DNA from: Candidatus Bathyarchaeota archaeon
GTDB lineage: Archaea > Thermoproteota > Bathyarchaeia > Bathyarchaeales > Bathycorpusculaceae
NCBI GenBank assembly: GCA_963733095.1
Contig: CAVTBV010000001.1
Location: forward strand, 1-64,000
Length of the DNA: 64,000 bases
Direction of reading: 5' to 3'
Shown here: one piece after another, positions 57,980 to 64,000 of the stretch
Position numbering within the stretch: position 1 is the first letter of the stretch
How the letters are laid out: each line of letters begins with the position of its first letter
Notes under the pieces: model-generated
What the model was told of the DNA's origin: nothing
The model's database searches: none
The model's input: only the letters and a program-made list of their open reading frames with translations
Program-made: the position numbers and the translations under genes

Positions 57980-58744
57980 TTAGGACTTGATGCTCTTTAT
58001 GGCTTTGACGATTTCTGAAACCCGCTGTGCAGCATCGCTTGATTCGGTGACGTTCCCTGTGACGATTACGTCTGCACCCGCTGAAGCTGCGACTAACGCT
58101 TGCTCCTTGGTTTTTATTCCACCGCCAACGATTAAGGGAATATCAATCAGATGTTTGACTGCCCGAATCATTTCAGAGGGAACAGGGTGTGCCGCTCCCG
58201 AGCCGCCTTCAAGATAGATGAAACGCATTCCAAGGTATTGTCCTGCGAGGGCATGTGCAGCTGCAAGGTCAGGCTTGTTGTAGGGTACGGTGATTGCTTT
58301 GCCCACTATGCCAGCGGTACCTCCGTCTCCAACGATTATGTAACCCATAGAAATCGGTTCTAAGCCATATTTCTTGACTAGTGGAGCGCCCAAGATTTGT
58401 GCGCCTATCAAAAAGTAGGGGTCAACAGAGTTTAGCAGGGACATGAACCATATTGCGTCTGCGTGGCAACTTATGCCTGTGACGTTGTTAGGAAATAGAA
58501 TTGTGGGAAGGTCTATTTTGGATTTGATGGCTTTAACCACTTCGTTTAGATGATTCTCAGAAACAAAGGTAGAGCCACCAATCATTATGGCTGTGGTGCC
58601 GCTATTCTTGGAGCTTTCAGCAATCCGCGAAGCATCCTTAGCCGAAACCTTTTCGGGGTCTATGAGGGTTATATGGATTGAACCATCAGTTTTTATTTTT
58701 TCAAGCAAGTACCGTTCAATAGGCCCTAGCATGGTATCCTTCAA
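57980..58744 (-). CDS. geranylgeranylglyceryl phosphate synthase
   Basis: TLIDPEK, IMIGGST, FMSLLNS, IYLEGGSG, VGGGI. Confidence 0.94.
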   Translation of the reverse strand: MKDTMLGPIERYLLEKIKTDGSIHITLIDPEKVSAKDASRIAESSKNSGTTAIMIGGSTFVSENHLNEVVKAIKSKIDLPTILFPNNVTGISCHADAIWFMSLLNSVDPYFLIGAQILGAPLVKKYGLEPISMGYIIVGDGGTAGIVGKAITVPYNKPDLAAAHALAGQYLGMRFIYLEGGSGAAHPVPSEMIRAVKHLIDIPLIVGGGIKTKEQALVAASAGADVIVTGNVTESSDAAQRVSEIVKAIKSIKS

Positions 58745-59014
58745 CTACTCTTTTTTAACGCTTGTTACAGGCGTTCGTTTTTGTGTGCCGTAAACGCGGT
58801 CGGTTAACATACAGTAAACGTCAACTTCGCCCTGCGCAGATTTAATTGGAAATTCTTCTTTAAGACCACAACTGCTACATTGTGCAATAGAATGTCCGCC
58901 GTCTTCTCTGGAAATTTCCACTCGCACGGTTTCTTTTCCGCATTTAGGGCAAGAGAAGAATTTAGGTAACCGTTTCTTGGGAATATGAACAACTTTTTTC
59001 CTTCTTCGCCCCAT
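58745..59014 (-). CDS. elf1: transcription elongation factor Elf1
   Basis: MGRRRKK...LPKFFSCPKCG...CSSCG...VDVY. Confidence 0.9.
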   Translation of the reverse strand: MGRRRKKVVHIPKKRLPKFFSCPKCGKETVRVEISREDGGHSIAQCSSCGLKEEFPIKSAQGEVDVYCMLTDRVYGTQKRTPVTSVKKE

Positions 59015-59112
59015 ACAATAACCTTCTACATCGTCTGGTAATGTTCATTAGTATTTATGCTTGTCCTTAAATACTTGCCTACTAACCATCAATATTGAGG
59101 CTGCATTCGTAA

Positions 59113-59955
59113 GTGAAGTTGACACCTTCCCTGTTAGAGATAGATTTTTCTGAGACACAAAAAAGAATTTGTCGTTTCATCAAAGAATACGTCGAGAACG
59201 CTGGGGCCAAAGGAATCGTGCTTGGGCTCTCAGGAGGAATCGACAGTGGAACCATAGCGGCCCTGTCAAGCCTTGCCATCGGAGGCGAAAACGTTTTAGG
59301 GCTTATGCTGCCAGAGAAAGAGAATTTCAAACAAAAAGACATCGATGACGCCAAGGTTGTAGCTGAGCAGTTTCATTTGCAAACGCAGGTCTGTGAAATG
59401 TCAGATGCCGTCAGCGGCCTCTATAGAGCTATTCCTGTATTTGACCAATCTGACAGACTAAGCAAAGGCAACGTTAAAGCAAGAACAAGAATGATCTACC
59501 TCTACTACTATGCTAACAAACAAAACCGAATAGTCTGCGGCAGCTCCGATAAATCCGAAACAATGATGGGTTACTTCACCAAGTGGGGAGACGCCGCAGC
59601 CGACGTATCGCCAATCATGGATTTGTACAAGACACAAGTTCGCAAACTCGCAATCCATTTAGGAATCCCAAAACAATTGGCGTTGAAGCCTTCTACTCCT
59701 GCGCTTTGGCCAAATCAATTAGCGGAGTCTGAACTTGGGATCAAGTATGAGACGTTGGACCTTATTCTCTGGGGACTCGAGCGATTTATGGCAATTGAGG
59801 ATATTGCCGAACAATTAGGCGTTGAGAAAGCCCTTGTTAATAATGTACAGAAGAGATGGCTCGCAAATGAACATAAGAGAAGAATGCCCCTAGCCCCTAA
59901 AATTGGGTATCGAACCGTGGGAAACGATTTTAGGCTTCCAAGACACACATATTGA
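59113..59955 (+). CDS. nadE: NAD(+) synthetase (synthetase-only form)
   Basis: LSGGIDS, NVKARTRM, GYFTKWGD, LYKTQV, HKR. Confidence 0.95.
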   Translation: MKLTPSLLEIDFSETQKRICRFIKEYVENAGAKGIVLGLSGGIDSGTIAALSSLAIGGENVLGLMLPEKENFKQKDIDDAKVVAEQFHLQTQVCEMSDAVSGLYRAIPVFDQSDRLSKGNVKARTRMIYLYYYANKQNRIVCGSSDKSETMMGYFTKWGDAAADVSPIMDLYKTQVRKLAIHLGIPKQLALKPSTPALWPNQLAESELGIKYETLDLILWGLERFMAIEDIAEQLGVEKALVNNVQKRWLANEHKRRMPLAPKIGYRTVGNDFRLPRHTY

Positions 59956-59967
59956 AAGTGGAACTGC

Positions 59968-60801
59968 ATGAAAGATAAAATTAGGCTTGCTCTCTGTCAG
60001 ATAAGCAGCAAAAGGGAAAACAAACAAGAAAACCTAAAGAAAATAGAAGAACTCACCTTAAAGGCAAAGGAGCAAGGAGCAGACTTAGCAATTTTCCCAG
60101 AGATGTCGCTGACAGGGTATGTGCTCCACGATCAAGTCTACGAGTTAGCAGAAACCATACCTGGTCCAACGGTGGGAAAAGTTGAAGCTTTAACGAAGAC
60201 AACAGGCATGCACGTCATCTTTGGAATGCCTGAGCTGAGCGAGAAAACCCAAGCGACAGTTTTCAACACAGCAGTTTTTGTTGGACCCAGAGGTTTAATC
60301 GGAAAATACCGCAAGATGTACCTTCCAACGCACAGCGTGTTCGAGGAAAAAAGGTACTTCCGGCCAGGATATGAGGCAGCGGGGTTCCAGACTGACATTG
60401 GAAACATCGGATTGTCCATTTGCTATGATGTTTTCTTTCCAGAAGTCTATAGGCTTACACGCCTTAAGGGTGCACAGCTTATGGTTTGTATATCTGCTTC
60501 TCCAGCGGTACGTAGGGGGTACTTTGAAATCCTGACTTCCGCTCGAGCACTGGAGAACACAGCGTTTCTTGCGTATGTTAACCTTGCGGGAGTTGAGGAT
60601 GGATTGCAATTTTGGGGCGGAAGCAGACTTGTAGGTCCAACGGGCGATGTTGTAGCTAAGGCAATGTACGATGAAGAGGATCTTGTTGTCTGCGATGTTG
60701 ATTTTGGCGATTTGAGGTCAGCTGAAACGTTTATTCCAACGATTCGTGACTTGCGTCCTGAACTCTTTGATAAACTAAAGGAATATTCTGAGAAAATATA
60801 G
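59968..60801 (+). CDS. carbon-nitrogen hydrolase (nitrilase superfamily amidase)
   Basis: FPEM, YRKMYL, ICYD catalytic E-K-C triad. Confidence 0.92.
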   Translation: MKDKIRLALCQISSKRENKQENLKKIEELTLKAKEQGADLAIFPEMSLTGYVLHDQVYELAETIPGPTVGKVEALTKTTGMHVIFGMPELSEKTQATVFNTAVFVGPRGLIGKYRKMYLPTHSVFEEKRYFRPGYEAAGFQTDIGNIGLSICYDVFFPEVYRLTRLKGAQLMVCISASPAVRRGYFEILTSARALENTAFLAYVNLAGVEDGLQFWGGSRLVGPTGDVVAKAMYDEEDLVVCDVDFGDLRSAETFIPTIRDLRPELFDKLKEYSEKI

Positions 60802-60803
60802 CG

Positions 60804-60930
60804 TGTCACATCAATTCTTGGGTCATGGAGTTTGGAATCACAGATGTATCACAGCCCTGTGATATCAAGCTTTTTTATGAAGAAATCACGTAAATTGGTG
60901 ATGTCACGGGCTTTTTCGATTTAAATCACA
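60804..60930. repeat. array of RTCAC/GTGAY pentamers (8 copies), including GTGATGTCAC
   Basis: Copies at about 60805, 60837, 60848, 60859, 60885, 60898, 60903 and 60925. Confidence 0.75.
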
Positions 60931-61269
60931 TTTTGATATAAGCTTGGTTTACAAGGTAATATACGGTAAAACTGTGTTTTGTTCGACATAAGTCCGTTAA
61001 ATTTTGCTTGAAACAGAGTAGGTGGTGTTTGTAAAAGTGCCTTTTTTATGTAAAGTTCTGCCTAAAAGCTGGATTTAATATCGAAGATTTTAGCCTTTTA
61101 AATGTTAATCAGCCAGAATTAACCGCAAATTAACCGAAAGCATTTGTTTTAGCTTTAATTTAGCAATCAATCAATAATTTAACCGTTAAATTGTAGCATT
61201 CATGGGTAGGGGCGCTCGGATAAAGGTTAAAAGTTAGGGTGAGTATACAAAATTGTATCCATTTCAAGC

Positions 61270-61767
61270 ATGGAGAGAAACAACAAATTGAAGTTAAAAG
61301 ACGGAGTACAAGCATGGTTAAACGGGGCTTTAAACGACCCCATTGTAGAAATACTGGCAAAAAACAGTCAATTAACAAAAACACAACTCGAAACATACCT
61401 AATAGACGTTTTAGCTGAAAATCTATCAGGTAAACAACTAAAATACGATGAAAAAGCCGCATTAAGGCTAACTAAGGCTAAAATAAGCCGTGGAGCCTTT
61501 AATAGGACATTAAAACAGTCCAAAGAAAACGTTATAAAATCCATATACACAGTATTACTTTTAGGGTATTTGGGTGTGTTTGAGAGCACAACTCTTGACC
61601 CTTACCTCGAAATAGCAAATAAACTGCACGAATATGTGGAAGCTCACCAGGATATGCCCGGTAAAGAAGAGGAACTAAAAGACCATCTAAAAGTCATAGA
61701 AATCATCCGAAACGAGCTCGAAATGAGCTTAAAACGACTTTCTAGCCCATCGAAAGAGGCCCTGTGA
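61270..61767 (+). CDS. hypothetical protein with probable HTH (LTKTQ...KYDEKAALRL...ISRGAFNRTLKQ)
   Basis: 165-aa ORF with a helix-turn-helix-like pattern; flanked on both sides by ATCAC arrays. Confidence 0.75.
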   Translation: MERNNKLKLKDGVQAWLNGALNDPIVEILAKNSQLTKTQLETYLIDVLAENLSGKQLKYDEKAALRLTKAKISRGAFNRTLKQSKENVIKSIYTVLLLGYLGVFESTTLDPYLEIANKLHEYVEAHQDMPGKEEELKDHLKVIEIIRNELEMSLKRLSSPSKEAL

Positions 61768-62074
61768 CATCACAAATCACATATTTTACCAAATTTTTTC
61801 ATTATTTTTACAAATTAATTTATAAAGAATATAAGTCTATTATTCAAGGGCTATTTGTAAAAATACCCCTAATCCTATGGTTATTTGATTCATGGAAAAG
61901 CAGTAGATGAAGCACCTTTAGTAATTTGTGATGTGTGATGTCATAGAAATGATGAGCAAATATCACCATAAACCTTAATAGTTCATGGGAAATATTGTGA
62001 TGTGTGATGCAACCCTTAAAATCACGGTTAAGTCACGTCTAAATCACAGGAGAACACATCACGATAGACCTCAC
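61764..62074. repeat. array of RTCAC/GTGAY pentamers (~12 copies), including GTGACATCAC and two copies of TTGTGATGTGTGATG
   Basis: Direct repeat at 61926-61940 and 61995-62009; 61764-61773 is the reverse complement of 60898-60907. Confidence 0.75.
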
Positions 62075-62843
62075 AACTGTAATCTTTGGCGTTTTATTAG
62101 CAGTCACAGCAGCAACTGCCTTTGAATATTACAGACAAATCCGCAAGGCGCATAAAGAATACGAGAAAGCCAGAGACTTTGTAGAAGATATCGTGTTAAG
62201 TTTCGACCGTGAACTTAAACGTGAATCAAACAGATTTGAGTCGATGGCGTCTAAAGTCGAAGGAAGCTACGCTAAAGCAGATACAAGCCTTAGAAAAATA
62301 GAGAGCCTCGAGAAAAAAATCGGCCCTTTCGAAGATAAGCTTAGTGATTTCAACCAATCATATCAGACTATGTCACAGTCAATCTCACAAACCCTTGCAG
62401 AAAGCACCCAAAACAACACAAAAATACTATCCGATTTGTCAGGGTTAGAAACCAAACTAAGAGATATCGAAGCAACCCAAGAAACTTTAAGAAACAGAAT
62501 AACAGGGGTCGAAGAACAGGTCCAAAAGCTGCCGACCACGCCATCTCAAGAAATAAAAAACGAAATCATGCTACCACCCATTCATATCAAACGTGACAAA
62601 GCATTAGCAGCATTGACAGATACCGAAATTACAGTTTTAGAAATGTTGTCTAAAGAAGGGCCAAAGACAGCTCCTGAAATAAAAGAAAGAGTGACTCTTA
62701 GCAGGGAACATACAGCTAGGTTGATGAAGAAACTCTATGAAGAAGGATACTTGGAGAGGGAATCTGGCAAAATTCCTTTCAGGTACAGCATCAAGATAGA
62801 AATGGAGAACCTCATGCAGAAGGCAGAGAGTAACCAATCATAA
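62058..62843 (+). CDS. membrane-anchored coiled-coil protein with C-terminal winged HTH; start probably non-canonical and upstream of the track's GTG
   Basis: Frame open from TAA 62040 encodes ITIDLTTVIFGVLLAVTAATAFEYYRQIRK (TM then basic), a heptad-rich middle, and LTDTEITVLEML...TAPEIKERVTLSREHTARLMKKLYEEGYLER. Confidence 0.8.
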   Translation: MTIDLTTVIFGVLLAVTAATAFEYYRQIRKAHKEYEKARDFVEDIVLSFDRELKRESNRFESMASKVEGSYAKADTSLRKIESLEKKIGPFEDKLSDFNQSYQTMSQSISQTLAESTQNNTKILSDLSGLETKLRDIEATQETLRNRITGVEEQVQKLPTTPSQEIKNEIMLPPIHIKRDKALAALTDTEITVLEMLSKEGPKTAPEIKERVTLSREHTARLMKKLYEEGYLERESGKIPFRYSIKIEMENLMQKAESNQS

Positions 62844-62882
62844 AACTATAGCATTGATTTGGTAAATTGTTACTCGATGTGA

Positions 62883-63314
62883 TTATTTTATGCGTTGTTT
62901 TAAGGTTGCTTGTGGAATGTTTGGTGCGGTCTTGTACTTTAGGCTGTTTGATCCGCCTGTCCTTAGCAGCATACCTTTTGTAGCCATCCTTGAAAGGTAA
63001 GTTGAAACTGTACTGAGACTAACTGGTTCTTTGAGTTCTTGCTCATAGATTGACTGGATGTCTTTTGATGAGAACCAAATCAAGGGAAAATTCCTCTGGA
63101 TAACTAATTGAACCTTCTCAAAACGAGACAAAATCTTATTTGGTAAGGTGTTTCCTGCACTTGCAGTGGGACCTTCACCAGGTGCACCGCCTAACAATTC
63201 AACCAGATCGAGCAGGCGCAGAGCTTTGTCACGGGTCACTTGACCCTCAAAAGCAATGGTATATCGATTACCATCACTATCGAACAGCTCAACACGCATT
63301 TTACGAGCCGGCAT
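62883..63314 (-). CDS. two-domain protein with C-terminal winged HTH
   Basis: Small N-terminal domain, Gly/Pro linker, WFSSKDIQSIYEQ...VSLSTVSTYLSRMATKGML. Confidence 0.8.
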   Translation of the reverse strand: MPARKMRVELFDSDGNRYTIAFEGQVTRDKALRLLDLVELLGGAPGEGPTASAGNTLPNKILSRFEKVQLVIQRNFPLIWFSSKDIQSIYEQELKEPVSLSTVSTYLSRMATKGMLLRTGGSNSLKYKTAPNIPQATLKQRIK

Positions 63315-63334
63315 CTGGTTACACCTTAAGGTTG

Positions 63335-63743
63335 TTCACAATTTACGCTTCACACCTTATAGCTGTTATGGTGAAACAGGAGATGAAAAATAGCCAGAAT
63401 TGAACCTAAAAATATGTAATAGGTGAATTTTGGAGCTAATTCATTATTACCAGCTTCACAATAAAGTAAAACAGCTGAAGAAATTTAGTTACAGCTTGGA
63501 TTCACTTTTCCAGTAGAAGTGTAGGGGTGCCTTATTCACTTGTAAAAGACAGGAATAAGGTAATTTATCAGAAATGGAACTCAACAACGCGACAATTACA
63601 AAGCTAATTCACATATATTCACAATTTTGTGAACGGAAAAACTCAGAAAAACTCCTGAGAAAAAAAGAAAAGAGAACTTGGCATTTCAACAAGCATGCCA
63701 TGATTAAAACAACCTACCAACCGCTTTTTTCAACATAATTCAC
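63335..63743. repeat. array of TTCAC/GTGAA pentamers (~11 copies), including palindrome TTCACAA-TT-TTGTGAA
   Basis: Copies at about 63335, 63349, 63371, 63423, 63455, 63501, 63535, 63608, 63618, 63629 and 63739. Confidence 0.7.
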
Positions 63744-63972
63744 CATGGAAAAATTCTCGCAGGCACACCCCTATGTTTCCTCTCGAAGCATTTGGGACAA
63801 AAAGAAGTCAGAAGAGGTCGAAAAAATATTTACAGAATGTTTGTCTAAAATCTTGGATAGCAATTATTAATATATAAAATTACGTTTTACCTATCAGAGT
63901 ATATATCTATATATAATATAATTAGTGTTTTTCTTTTAACAAACCTTTTTCTCCAGTAGAAACTTTGGGGTG
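63508..63972 (+). other. putative replication origin: two ORB elements plus an AT-rich DUE-like tract
   Basis: TTCCAGTAGAAGTGTAGGGGTG (63508-29) and CTCCAGTAGAAACTTTGGGGTG (63951-72) match the archaeal ORB pattern TCCA-N3-GAAA...GGGG; near-pure A/T runs at 63863-63925; gene-free for over 680 bp. Confidence 0.72.
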
Positions 63973-64000
63973 TGTCTACTCTTGCTTTATTTAGTCTATG

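Noticed and set aside
60804-63743. Repeat-rich intergenic DNA as a CRISPR array
   Set aside because: Repeats are 5-15 bp, irregularly spaced and in both orientations. There are no 24-40 bp direct repeats with spacers and no cas genes.

Overview
Archaeal chromosomal window, most likely Bathyarchaeia (TACK). This assignment is inferred from PolD DP2 occurring together with Elf1, split GINS, and the gene order and protein style. About 95% is core housekeeping: replication (mcm, gins23/gins15, pcn, priL/priS, rfcS/L, polC), transcription, translation, tRNA modification, nucleotide-sugar metabolism and a bacterial-type cysK-cysE pair beside a tRNA-Leu(GAG). No mobile element, intein or CRISPR array was found. 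The strongest unusual signals are: (1) the last ~3.2 kb, a probable ORB-marked replication origin next to three uncharacterised HTH/wHTH genes, one membrane-anchored with a coiled coil and apparently a non-canonical start codon, embedded in dense ATCAC and TTCAC arrays, which is a candidate origin-tethering/segregation module; (2) a 15-codon remnant where the aIF2-alpha gene normally sits between rps27e and nop10; (3) a degenerate 50-85 bp intergenic repeat present four times; (4) a nucleotide-sugar dehydrogenase lacking its catalytic residues; (5) a frameshifted AbrB-like small gene; (6) a palindromic operator at the cysK promoter. All calls are from reading the sequence and recognising motifs; no searches were run.
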